Below, in pieces: positions 20,447 to 29,082 of a DNA stretch of 64,000 nucleotides; position 1 is the stretch's first letter, and the number at the start of each line of letters is the position of its first letter. A model generated the notes under the pieces. That model was not told where the DNA came from. It saw only the letters and a program-made list of their open reading frames with translations, and ran no database searches. Source of the stretch: an uncultured Candidatus Saccharibacteria bacterium (GTDB lineage Bacteria > Patescibacteriota > Doudnabacteria > UBA920); NCBI GenBank assembly GCA_964650255.1, contig CAZYQT010000004.1, positions 6,501 through 70,500 on the forward strand, written 5' to 3'. Made by a program: the position numbers and the translations under genes.

Positions 20447-21025
20447 TTAAAACAACACTTCTTGTCTTAATACTCCAACCCGACTAATAGGTTCTTGGCA
20501 ACTAATTTGAACTTCACGAACACTAAAATAATCACGGTATAATACCTTTTGATTTTTTAGTGCGTAGTCATACACTTCTTTTGTGACCCTTACATCATCA
20601 AGACAATATTTCTTTAGGAGATCAATACGCCCATTACGAAAGTACAACAACGCTTCCAACCCATTACCGGATTTGCCGGAACCAATCGTCCCTTGAGCGA
20701 CTGCCTCTAATTTAATCCTATGACCTATTGCGGTTTCAATCTCTTCTAAAAGATCGTATGCTGGCAGTTGAGAGAGATCAAAATTCATATATGGCTGCAA
20801 GACTGGGAAATCAAAATTCTTGATGTTAAAACCAATCACTTGGTCTGCGCTTTGCAGTAACGGTGCCAAACGTGGAAGTTCCTGTTCTTCATAAATAGAA
20901 TACTGATCTTGGCTATAGTCATAGACCCCGCACACGGACACCTTCATAAGGTGGTGCTTGCCACGACCGCCGACTTCTTCAAAAGATTTTTGAGTTTCCA
21001 AATCCAAGACCAGTTTTTTGAGCAT
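20447..21025 (-). CDS. RNase H-like (DEDD) 3'-5' exonuclease-domain protein
   Basis: VLDLET, GFNIKNFD, YCLDDV. Confidence 0.8.
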   Translation of the reverse strand: MLKKLVLDLETQKSFEEVGGRGKHHLMKVSVCGVYDYSQDQYSIYEEQELPRLAPLLQSADQVIGFNIKNFDFPVLQPYMNFDLSQLPAYDLLEEIETAIGHRIKLEAVAQGTIGSGKSGNGLEALLYFRNGRIDLLKKYCLDDVRVTKEVYDYALKNQKVLYRDYFSVREVQISCQEPISRVGVLRQEVLF

Positions 21026-21196
21026 TTTTTGTTTTTGTTTCTTTTATTTCTCTAACTTAACTTTATTATAACTTGATCTAGGTACTAAGTGAATTGTGGA
21101 CAACTATTTATGGCTTAAATAAGCCATATTTAATAATTATTAATTTTATTGCAAGGATCTCTTGACAATTGAGAGTTTTTGAAGTAATATATCAGT

Positions 21197-21435
21197 CCAT
21201 AGTGGCTGATGGTTCGCGATGCCAATTGCGGCCGCAGTTGCTCCGGGGGCAACGGTGTGGGAGACGTTGCCCCTAAAAAATCACAAACAAGATGGAGGTA
21301 AATAAAATCGGAACGCCAATTAGTTTCAAATCGCTTGTCAAGCAACAGCAGATAGGAAAATTGGCGAACCTGAGTCAGGCACGTTTTATGAAGAGCTGCT
21401 AATTTTGCTCCTCATGTGCCTGGCTCTTTCTTTTT
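21197..21435 (+). ncRNA. Candidate stand-alone structured RNA B (alternatively mRNA for a 36-aa ORF at 21292-21402)
   Basis: TTGACA-17-TAATAT promoter (21162-21190), several GC-rich helices, terminal hairpin 21372-21426 followed by a U-rich tract. Confidence 0.55.
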
Positions 21436-21468
21436 GCCTATTTTTATTGCTTCTGCTATAATAACTCT

Positions 21469-21634
21469 GGCTATGAAGCTTATGACACAGCTGAGCCTAA
21501 CTAAATATATCCCCCACCAGGGATACTAAGGCTTGTCCGGCAACGGCAAAGCGAAGTAAGGTGGCACAGCGCAGCTATCCAAAGATTAAGCGCCCTTACA
21601 AACTACTCAAGTTGGGTATTTTGTAAGGGTTTTT
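21469..21634 (+). promoter_or_regulatory. Minimal T-box riboswitch (Asp specifier GAC), transcriptional
   Basis: 29-nt K-turn Stem I GGC-UAU-GA-AGCU-[UAUGACAC]-AGCU-GA-GCC; antiterminator GUAAGG-UGGCACA-GCGC...GCGC-CCUUAC (21556-21599); terminator 21593-21634; TGnTATAAT at 21454-21462. Confidence 0.85.
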
Positions 21635-21671
21635 AATTTAAACTTTATTTATCAACATTTTATAAAAATAT

Positions 21672-22982
21672 ATGGAAAGAACTTTAATAGCAGATTTAAA
21701 ATCCCAAGCTGGCCAAAAGGTCCGGCTCGAGGGTTGGGTGCAAACAATTCGTACTCAAGGCAGTATTCAATTTATTGTGTTGCGAGATATTTCTGGCACC
21801 GTCCAAGTTGTGGTTTTTGATAAAACTCTTCTCGAACAAACTAAACACCTCTCTTTGGAAAGTGTGGTTGAGATTATCGGTGAGGCTAAAATCGAAGAAA
21901 AAGCATTCTCTGGTGTAGAAGTTGCGGCGGAGCAAGTAAAAGTGCTATCTGCTGCTGAGCCAGAACTACCGATTCCGATTGTGGAAAAAGGCAACATGAA
22001 CGAAGCCGATCGGGAAGTTCGCTTGGACTGGCGTTTCTTGGATTTGCGCAAACCCGAAAAACAACTTATTTACAAAGTTTGGACAGAAATGGAACGCGCG
22101 TTTGTAGATTTTCTGACAGAACGTAGATTTATTGAAATTCACTCTCCGAAGATGATGAGCACTCCTAGCGAAAGCGGCGCCGAACTTTTCGAAGTAAAAT
22201 ACTTTGATCGCAAAGCTTACCTTGCTCAATCCCCTCAGTTTTACAAACAAATGGCCATGGCTGCGGGCTTCGAACGAGTCTTTGAAATTGGGCCAGTGTT
22301 TCGAGCAGAACCATCATTTACCACTCGCCACGCCACTGAATTTCAAGGTTTTGACTTTGAAATGTCATTTATTGATTCCCACAAAGACGTCATGCTAATG
22401 GAGGCTGAAATGCTTGCTTACGCAATCGCCAAAGTGAAGGAAAAGTATGGCGAGCAAATTAAGGAAGCGTTCGACCGCGAAGTTGTTGTTCCAACTACAC
22501 CATTCCCAGAAATTACCTTTGCAGAAGCAAAGAAGATGTTGGCTGAAAAAGGTATTTCATCAGAAAAAGAAAATGATATTAGCCCAGAAGAAGAGCGCGG
22601 AATTTCTGAGTACATTAAGGAAACTCAGAACCATGAATTTGTGTTTATTACAGAATTTCCACATGCTGGCCGGGCTTTCTATCATATGCGCCCAGATGAT
22701 AAGCCAGAATTAACCAAAGGCTTTGACTTGCTATGGAATGGTATTGAAGTCACAACTGGTGCACAGCGCGAACACCGCTACGATATTTTGGTAAAACAAG
22801 CTGAAGAAAAAGGCTTACCACTGGAATCGCTGCAAACATATTTAAACTACTTTAAGTACGGCTGCCCTCCACATGGCGGTATTGGCGCAGGCCCTGAGCG
22901 TATGATTATGAAGCTTTTGGGACTGGAGAGCATCCGCGAGGTTTCTTACTTGTATCGCGGAGTTAAGCGGTTAACCCCTTAA
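21672..22982 (+). CDS. aspS: Aspartate--tRNA(Asp/Asn) ligase, short archaeal-type, probably non-discriminating
   Basis: OB fold, LAQSPQFYKQ, FRAE, GAQREH, YGCPPHGG; 436 aa with no GAD insertion. Confidence 0.92.
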   Translation: MERTLIADLKSQAGQKVRLEGWVQTIRTQGSIQFIVLRDISGTVQVVVFDKTLLEQTKHLSLESVVEIIGEAKIEEKAFSGVEVAAEQVKVLSAAEPELPIPIVEKGNMNEADREVRLDWRFLDLRKPEKQLIYKVWTEMERAFVDFLTERRFIEIHSPKMMSTPSESGAELFEVKYFDRKAYLAQSPQFYKQMAMAAGFERVFEIGPVFRAEPSFTTRHATEFQGFDFEMSFIDSHKDVMLMEAEMLAYAIAKVKEKYGEQIKEAFDREVVVPTTPFPEITFAEAKKMLAEKGISSEKENDISPEEERGISEYIKETQNHEFVFITEFPHAGRAFYHMRPDDKPELTKGFDLLWNGIEVTTGAQREHRYDILVKQAEEKGLPLESLQTYLNYFKYGCPPHGGIGAGPERMIMKLLGLESIREVSYLYRGVKRLTP

Positions 22983-23013
22983 GTTTTTTGAACAAAAATT
23001 ATTTAAAAACAAA

Positions 23014-23313
23014 ATGTTTACCCCATTCGACGAAAACAACAAACCAGCGGCCTCTCAAAAATCTGTTTTAAAAAATGTGTTTGTTGTAATTGGTATTCTA
23101 GCCGTATGCTGGTTGTTACTGTTTTTGTCGCCAATTGGTCTATTAGCAGTACTGCTGTTAGTGCCAATACTTTATTTTGGATTACCGATCGCTGTTATTG
23201 GAACAGTAATTTATCTTGTTTATAAACACTCTCAAAGCTCAAAGCAATCTAAAAATATTGTCCAGCCTCAAGACATAAATAGCCAGGATCAAAACAAAAT
23301 TGTCACACGTTAA
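23014..23313 (+). CDS. Small membrane protein
   Basis: Two hydrophobic helices, overlaps scpA start. Confidence 0.6.
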   Translation: MFTPFDENNKPAASQKSVLKNVFVVIGILAVCWLLLFLSPIGLLAVLLLVPILYFGLPIAVIGTVIYLVYKHSQSSKQSKNIVQPQDINSQDQNKIVTR

Positions 23314-24142
23314 AATCCAACAATTTGAAGGACCGCTAGATCTTCTGCTATCGCTCATCGAGCAGCAGCAGTTGAACATTACGGAAATTTCTCTGGCCGA
23401 AGTCACAGAGCAGTTTTTGGCGTATGTTAAAGAGTTGGAAAAAATTGATGCCACTCAACTTGCTGACTACTTAGGAATTGCAGCCAAGCTCTTAGTAATA
23501 AAATCCAAGGCGATTTTACCAAGTCTTGAAGTAGAAGCCGTCGAAGAAGAGCAAGAAGAAGATTTGGCCAGCAAGTTGTTGCGCTACAAACAATTTAAAG
23601 AGGCTGCAAAATACTTTAAACAACTTGATGCTCGCGGCCTTCAGAGCTTTACCCGTACCAGAGTTTTCTCCGAACGCATCAATTTTTGGCCAGACCCGGC
23701 CGTGGATGCCCCAGCCTTGCGCCAATCGATTGCCAAAGTCCTCGATTCCTTGCGGGAATTAGACAATCTACCGAAAGCAAAAATCCGAGAAGCTATTTCT
23801 ATTCAAGAAAAAATTCAAGGACTTCAAGCACAGCTGTCTGGACAAATTGAAACAAAGCTCAGCGAGCTTATCGGCAGCGCAAAAAATAAAGAAGAGGTCA
23901 TCATCACTTTTCTAGCATTGCTAGAATTAATTAAACAGCGCATGTTTACTGTATCGCAAAGCGACCTATTCTCAGATGTGACCATCACCAAATTTAAACC
24001 TACTGAGGTTGAGATGGTCGTGGAAGAGATTGCTGTTGCCGACGAAGAGAGTAGCGACGATGAAATAGAAGAAGACAAGGAAGAGGATGACGAAGAAGAC
24101 GACGAAGAAGACGAGGAAGAAGACGAAGATGAAGAACAATAA
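23300..24142 (+). CDS. scpA: Segregation/condensation protein A (kleisin) with acidic tail
   Basis: FEGPLDLLL, TFLALLEL; TTG start. Confidence 0.95.
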   Translation: MSHVKIQQFEGPLDLLLSLIEQQQLNITEISLAEVTEQFLAYVKELEKIDATQLADYLGIAAKLLVIKSKAILPSLEVEAVEEEQEEDLASKLLRYKQFKEAAKYFKQLDARGLQSFTRTRVFSERINFWPDPAVDAPALRQSIAKVLDSLRELDNLPKAKIREAISIQEKIQGLQAQLSGQIETKLSELIGSAKNKEEVIITFLALLELIKQRMFTVSQSDLFSDVTITKFKPTEVEMVVEEIAVADEESSDDEIEEDKEEDDEEDDEEDEEEDEDEEQ

Positions 24143-24157
24143 TGATATAATTTCTTT

Positions 24158-24751
24158 ATGAACGAATTGACCAGCAAAATTGAAAGCCTCTTGTTTGTTT
24201 CCAACAAACCACTAACACTAAAACAACTAGTGAAATTTACGGGAGCTGCAGAACCACAAGTTAGTAAGGCCTTAGAAGAATTAGGTAACATGAGAATAAA
24301 TACCGGCATTGTGCTATTAAATGCAGCCGATGGGTATCAGCTCGCTACGAACAGCGTTAACAGCGAGGCAGTAAAAGATTTTCTCAATGCAGACTTACGC
24401 GAATCCTTAACTGAAGCTACAGTTGAAGTACTGGCTATTATTGCTTACAGACAACCAATTTCTAAAGCAGAAATTGAATCCATTCGTGGGGTTAATTCAC
24501 AATACTCTTTGCGCGCCCTCTTAATGCGAGGCCTTATTGAAAAAATCCCAAATCCTAGTGATGCTCGGGGGTCTTTGTATCAAATTACTACTGAATTTTT
24601 GCAGCAGATGGGCATTACATCTGTTGCCGACCTGCCAGACTTTGCTGAGCTAGTTAGCAAAATCCAGCTTCCTGAAGTTGTTGGCTTAGCCGAGCAGCCT
24701 GTTGAAATGGTTGAGGATGAAGTAACGCATACCGAAGAACCAGCTGAATAA
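24158..24751 (+). CDS. scpB: Segregation/condensation protein B
   Basis: IESLLF, EVLAIIAYRQP, IRGVNS. Confidence 0.96.
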   Translation: MNELTSKIESLLFVSNKPLTLKQLVKFTGAAEPQVSKALEELGNMRINTGIVLLNAADGYQLATNSVNSEAVKDFLNADLRESLTEATVEVLAIIAYRQPISKAEIESIRGVNSQYSLRALLMRGLIEKIPNPSDARGSLYQITTEFLQQMGITSVADLPDFAELVSKIQLPEVVGLAEQPVEMVEDEVTHTEEPAE

Positions 24752-24756
24752 AATTG

Positions 24757-25028
24757 GAGGGCTGGTTTTCAAAAAGAAAACGCAGCCCAAGTAAATTTTG
24801 AATTGGCGGTGAGAGAAAGCTAGATAGCTTAGTTGCCGACATAATACTCTTAATGCCGTAGGTAGGTTAACATGAAAAGTTTACCAGCCTCTAACAACCT
24901 TACACAAGTAATGTACTAAAACAGCAAGCCGTCTTGCGTTTACTTGCACTATCGGCCAATCCAAAAGACCTTCGTAGGTCATCCCCCTTGTTATTCAACA
25001 CCACCCCTGTCTGGGATAATTGTCAACA
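24757..25028 (-). ncRNA. Candidate stand-alone structured RNA C
   Basis: 12-bp closing helix 24955-24966/24796-24807 with G-U pair only on - strand, nested hairpins, terminal hairpin near 24759-24788; only a weak promoter. Confidence 0.45.
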
Positions 25029-25097
25029 CCATCATAATACACAAATTTCAAAAATAAATGAAAATCGATTTTAAATCCCGCTCGGGGCAGGATTTAA

Positions 25098-25220
25098 TTA
25101 TTGTGGCAGTTGTTCATAGGATTCTTTTGGCGAGCTTGGCACCTCCCTATCGAGATGTACATTTTCGCACCCAACGGCTAACAGGCTAAAAATAGCGATG
25201 GCAAATAGTATTGGTTTCAT
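25098..25220 (-). CDS. 40-aa lipoprotein below the ORF-track cut-off
   Basis: MKPILFAIAIFSLLAVGCENVHLDREVPSSPKESYEQLPQ with lipobox LAVGC; hairpin at 25071-25097 follows the stop. Confidence 0.7.
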   Translation of the reverse strand: MKPILFAIAIFSLLAVGCENVHLDREVPSSPKESYEQLPQ

Positions 25221-25297
25221 TTGAGTAGCTTATATAAGCAGTATGGCATATTTTGTAGTTTTTTGGTAGAATATACTGGTTAAATATTAAATAATTT

Positions 25298-25372
25298 GGC
25301 GCCATCGTCTAGTGGTTAGGACACATGGTTCTCATCCATGTAACCGGAGTTCGATTCTCCGTGGCGCTACCA
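25298..25372 (+). tRNA. tRNA-Glu(CTC)
   Basis: Cloverleaf: acceptor GGCGCCA/TGGCGCT, anticodon arm CATGG-TTCTCAT-CCATG, T-loop TTCGATT, encoded CCA. Confidence 0.96.
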
Positions 25373-25416
25373 AAAGAAAACCCCAGCTGGGGTTTTCTTT
25401 GATTGCTGTAAATGGA

Positions 25417-25608
25417 TTAGTTGGCTATCTGAATTTGACGAGCCTTTTCAATTATCTTTCTTTGATCTTTATTGGATTTCTTAATTACAACCTCAATAAT
25501 TCGCTTCTTTTTCGTTGAAGATAAGTCATGAGAAAAGACCGAGAACTTACTTTGCTTCAGTTCCTTTTTGGGTTTGATATCAAAAATGTAGCGAATTATT
25601 CTATTCAT
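25417..25608 (-). CDS. Small basic partner of zeta-like kinase (candidate antitoxin)
   Basis: Coupled by TAATG overlap to the zeta gene; 63 aa, Lys-rich helical. Confidence 0.6.
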   Translation of the reverse strand: MNRIIRYIFDIKPKKELKQSKFSVFSHDLSSTKKKRIIEVVIKKSNKDQRKIIEKARQIQIAN

Positions 25609-26303
25609 TACTTTAGAAGTTCATTTAAATCATCTTCATTATACTGTTCTCGGATGTGGTTGTCAATTTCATCAATATTTAGCTCGGTTTTGCCTATGTC
25701 TCCATTAGCATCTTTGATCACTAAGTTAAGGGTGATTTGCTCTCTAAATTCTTCCTTAATAGCAGAAACGGTTTGCTTAGAAGCAAAATAGGCAGAAATA
25801 AATACAGGTTTAGTAATATTCCTTCCTTCAACTAACTCACGAGCTTTGGTAAACTCCCATGACACACGTGGATCTTGATAAATAAAATAGATTTCAGCAA
25901 TACCTCTTGCCTCTATCACTTTCTTAATATTCTTTCTAGATATACCTTGATTGGCCATGGTTCCATCAAGTACAAAATTCTGTTGATTTTTTAATACCGC
26001 ATGGAAAATTTCATCAACTGCAATACTTACTGCATTTTGAAATAGCCACGCATTTTTACCCTCATAAAATGAAATTTCTTTTCTAATCTCATCTGCGTCA
26101 ATTCTAATAATCCTGCCATTAAACTCTTCAATCAAATTAATAGAAAATTCGGTCTTTCCCGCTCCAGGAGAACCGGCCATAAAAACCGAGGCTGGTTTTA
26201 AGTCAGCCGGGAAATCCTTGGAATCAGCATATTTAGCAATAAGATAATTCTTTTTTGCTCTGATTTCCTTGCTGGCAGCGGAGCTAATTTCTTCATCTGT
26301 CAT
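25608..26303 (-). CDS. Zeta-toxin family P-loop kinase
   Basis: MAGSPGAGKT, RIDADEIR, VLDGT, ARELVEGRNI. Confidence 0.85.
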   Translation of the reverse strand: MTDEEISSAASKEIRAKKNYLIAKYADSKDFPADLKPASVFMAGSPGAGKTEFSINLIEEFNGRIIRIDADEIRKEISFYEGKNAWLFQNAVSIAVDEIFHAVLKNQQNFVLDGTMANQGISRKNIKKVIEARGIAEIYFIYQDPRVSWEFTKARELVEGRNITKPVFISAYFASKQTVSAIKEEFREQITLNLVIKDANGDIGKTELNIDEIDNHIREQYNEDDLNELLK

Positions 26304-26395
26304 TTGAGTTTTCTTAATTAGCAAGATTCAATAATTACACTTTATGACAAATTATGCAAGTGCCTCATTCCAAAACAATAGTTAAATATATAGAA

Positions 26396-29080
26396 TTAGC
26401 GAAGAATTTTTTCATTAAAGGTTGATTCAAAATCATCCCGCAATTCCATATTCCCTTCATTGTAGAAGGGTAAACCAATCAAGCGAAAATCTTCATTTTC
26501 AATTTTTATATCTACACTATATCGGTTTTCTATTTCTAGAAGAAATTTTTCTTTCCAACCTTCCTTGGAATTATTAAACGTATCTTCAGAGTCTAAAAAC
26601 TGGTCTCCTTTGGGTTCAATAAAAATTTGATAAAAATTTTCTTTTTGCGATTTTATCTCTCTTAAAAAGAGAACGAAGTCTGGCGAGAAAGCCTGTCCAT
26701 CAGAAAAATTATAAATCTTAAAAAATTTTTCATTTCGAAATAGGATTATATCTTTAAACTTATTTTTTAACAAACTTATAGAGCTTTCAATAAAACGCAA
26801 TAGAGATTCCTCTTCACTAGTTCCCCAGATTTCATTTTGAGCAAACCAATCATGGGAAGAAAAGTCAAAATCTCGCATTTCTAAAGCTCTTGCACTTTCA
26901 CCGTCCAGGTTTAAGACTTTGTCATTTTCAAATACCTCTCGGATTAAATGTGCCTTAAATTCAGATGTCCCCGAGTATTCTTTTTTCTCCTTGCTTGCGT
27001 TTTCTAAGACCTTTCCAATAACAAACCCTGCAATGCTTAGCTTTTCGCTTTGTGATAACTGGTCCAGCTGTTCAGGGATGCCTTTTACCTTTACCTTGAC
27101 CCCTCCGAGATACTGCTCGTTCAATATAAAATCCTTGACTGATTCTAAATTCCCAAAGATTTTCTTTAGTTCATCAAATCTACCGGTAGTGATTTTTGCC
27201 AAAGCTGTTCGTAAAATATGGGCCTCAAAATCAGTAATTTTAAATTCTCTTATCTCAGTTTTGACTTTAATCCCTTTTCCCTCACCAGTCACAAATAGAT
27301 CCTTTTCTATTGCTTCTCTGGTTGGTAATTGAAAAATGTTCATTTCAGAATGATGGTCGTATCCTGCGTTAGCATCGGCAAGTGTGAAGACGTCGTCTCC
27401 TAGATTTTCTTTTCTAGAATTCAAAAAAATGTAGCCATTCTTCCACAACTCTGTTTCCTTAATCTCGCTTTTAACTTTAATTTCCTTCTCCACGGTTCGG
27501 GAAGATATGATTCCTTCCTTAATTAGTACACTTTCCAATTCTTGTATATAACGCGGATTAGTTACGCTATGATAGTAAAGCTGTTCCAAAATACGTAATT
27601 CATTCTGCGCGTCAGTATCAAACTTTCTTGTATAGGGATCAGTAAATTCGCCAACCGTGAATGGGTAATAGCGCGCACCACGGCCAATCAGCTGAGCCTC
27701 CTGTACTGTAGTTTTACCCGGTTTATTATTGGCAGCATCCCGACTATTATAAAGCCTTACAATATCAAAAAGATTTAAAACGTCCCAGCCTTCATTTAAT
27801 TTTTCAGTCGCAAAAATAGCACGAACTTCATTACTGGATTCTTCTAAGGAGTTAAGTAATATCTGCTTTTGCTCTAAGTCTTTATCATCATCCACCGTTA
27901 AACAGTGTTCAGGTGCAAAGTCATGTTTAATTTCTTCCACTAAATCCTTTAGTGTTATTTTATGCTGATCGAAAAATAGAAAGGCTTTTTGCAAAGTTTC
28001 ATCTTGTATATTTGATTGTTGCTCTAATAATTTTTTATTTAACCCTTCAATGAAGGAATGGAATACTGTTTTGAACTCGCTCGAAACAACTATCTGAGGA
28101 TTGTCATTTGTTCGTTCATCTCTCTGTTTTGGCGAAGTTACTCTATTCGCTTTAAACATAATGACCGGCTTAAGCGCAATCTTATACTTCTCAGCTATTT
28201 TCCGACGATATTGAGAAATAATAACAGCTGAAAGCACGCGTTCCATCATTGGAGCATTAATTTGCAAGGTTCGTACATCTTTTGAAAATCCATCTAAACG
28301 GTACTCTTTAAGATCATAACGATAGATAGCTTTATCCTGGTATTTCTCTAAAATTTCTGGGTATTCTTGCTCTAGCCTAGCGGTTGCTGTGAATTCTAAA
28401 AGTACATTTTCATTTGCACTATTAGCATTCAAAATGCGCATAACCGTATTTTCCCAGTTACTTCGATCTTCTTCTTCAGTTTTGCTTAGTCGGCTATTAG
28501 TCTCAGCTGACAAATTATGCGCTTCATCTGCCATTAAAACAATTTTCTTGTCAGCAAAATCTTCATACGTCAGTACATTTTCGCGTGCTAAAGTAAATCG
28601 AGAATGCAGAAGCGCGGTGGTTGAAAAAATAATATTAATGTCATCATCATTCACCGCTTCGAAGTTTTCTACTTCTTTTATCTTTATTTCCTTAGTCCCT
28701 AAAATAATTTTATCGGCAAATAAATACTTTTGAGAATTAGAATCGGTGAAATTAGTCTTGGTTTTTTGGATGATATTTCCAAGTCTAGTAAAAAAAATAA
28801 AATTACGGAACCCTTGTTCATATAAATACAAAATATTAGCGGCCATTATTAATGTTTTACCTGAACCAGTAGCCATATTAAACATCAAATGAATAGGTTT
28901 TTGTTTTTGATGATAATCCTCGTAATAATAATAGAACCTACCCAATGCTTCTTTTTGATATTCACGCAATGAAAATGCTGGATTAAGATTGTTCAAAATA
29001 TCAATCCTTTCCATTGTCTTGTCCTTAAAAACATCCGCTCCCGCAAAATCTTTGAGAACGTTAAACTTTTCGTACAGCAT
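26396..29080 (-). CDS. res: Type III restriction endonuclease Res subunit
   Basis: MATGSGKT, DEAH, QLIGRGAR, C-terminal PDF...IEPK nuclease motif. Confidence 0.92.
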   Translation of the reverse strand: MLYEKFNVLKDFAGADVFKDKTMERIDILNNLNPAFSLREYQKEALGRFYYYYEDYHQKQKPIHLMFNMATGSGKTLIMAANILYLYEQGFRNFIFFTRLGNIIQKTKTNFTDSNSQKYLFADKIILGTKEIKIKEVENFEAVNDDDINIIFSTTALLHSRFTLARENVLTYEDFADKKIVLMADEAHNLSAETNSRLSKTEEEDRSNWENTVMRILNANSANENVLLEFTATARLEQEYPEILEKYQDKAIYRYDLKEYRLDGFSKDVRTLQINAPMMERVLSAVIISQYRRKIAEKYKIALKPVIMFKANRVTSPKQRDERTNDNPQIVVSSEFKTVFHSFIEGLNKKLLEQQSNIQDETLQKAFLFFDQHKITLKDLVEEIKHDFAPEHCLTVDDDKDLEQKQILLNSLEESSNEVRAIFATEKLNEGWDVLNLFDIVRLYNSRDAANNKPGKTTVQEAQLIGRGARYYPFTVGEFTDPYTRKFDTDAQNELRILEQLYYHSVTNPRYIQELESVLIKEGIISSRTVEKEIKVKSEIKETELWKNGYIFLNSRKENLGDDVFTLADANAGYDHHSEMNIFQLPTREAIEKDLFVTGEGKGIKVKTEIREFKITDFEAHILRTALAKITTGRFDELKKIFGNLESVKDFILNEQYLGGVKVKVKGIPEQLDQLSQSEKLSIAGFVIGKVLENASKEKKEYSGTSEFKAHLIREVFENDKVLNLDGESARALEMRDFDFSSHDWFAQNEIWGTSEEESLLRFIESSISLLKNKFKDIILFRNEKFFKIYNFSDGQAFSPDFVLFLREIKSQKENFYQIFIEPKGDQFLDSEDTFNNSKEGWKEKFLLEIENRYSVDIKIENEDFRLIGLPFYNEGNMELRDDFESTFNEKILR

Positions 29081-29082
29081 AT

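Noticed and set aside
21094-21105. DnaA-box-like TGTGGACAA suggesting oriC
   Set aside because: Single mismatched box with no cluster and no dnaA/dnaN nearby
21508-21525. CCACCA resembling a tRNA 3' end
   Set aside because: No cloverleaf or T-loop upstream; it is a hairpin loop inside the T-box leader
21473-21529. 18-aa leader peptide MKLMTQLSLTKYIPHQGY as a ribosome-mediated attenuator for aspS
   Set aside because: Contains no Asp or Asn codons and has no SD; the T-box structure explains the region better
23824-24309. Poly-Ser ORF on the minus strand
   Set aside because: Antisense shadow of the acidic ScpA tail and scpB
21314-24807. Shared CGCCAATT/AATTGGCG words between RNA candidates B and C suggesting a family or pairing
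   Set aside because: Only 8 nt and no further similarity; compatible with chance
25312-25518. 68-aa ORF on the + strand
   Set aside because: Overlaps tRNA-Glu and the antisense strand of a better-supported gene
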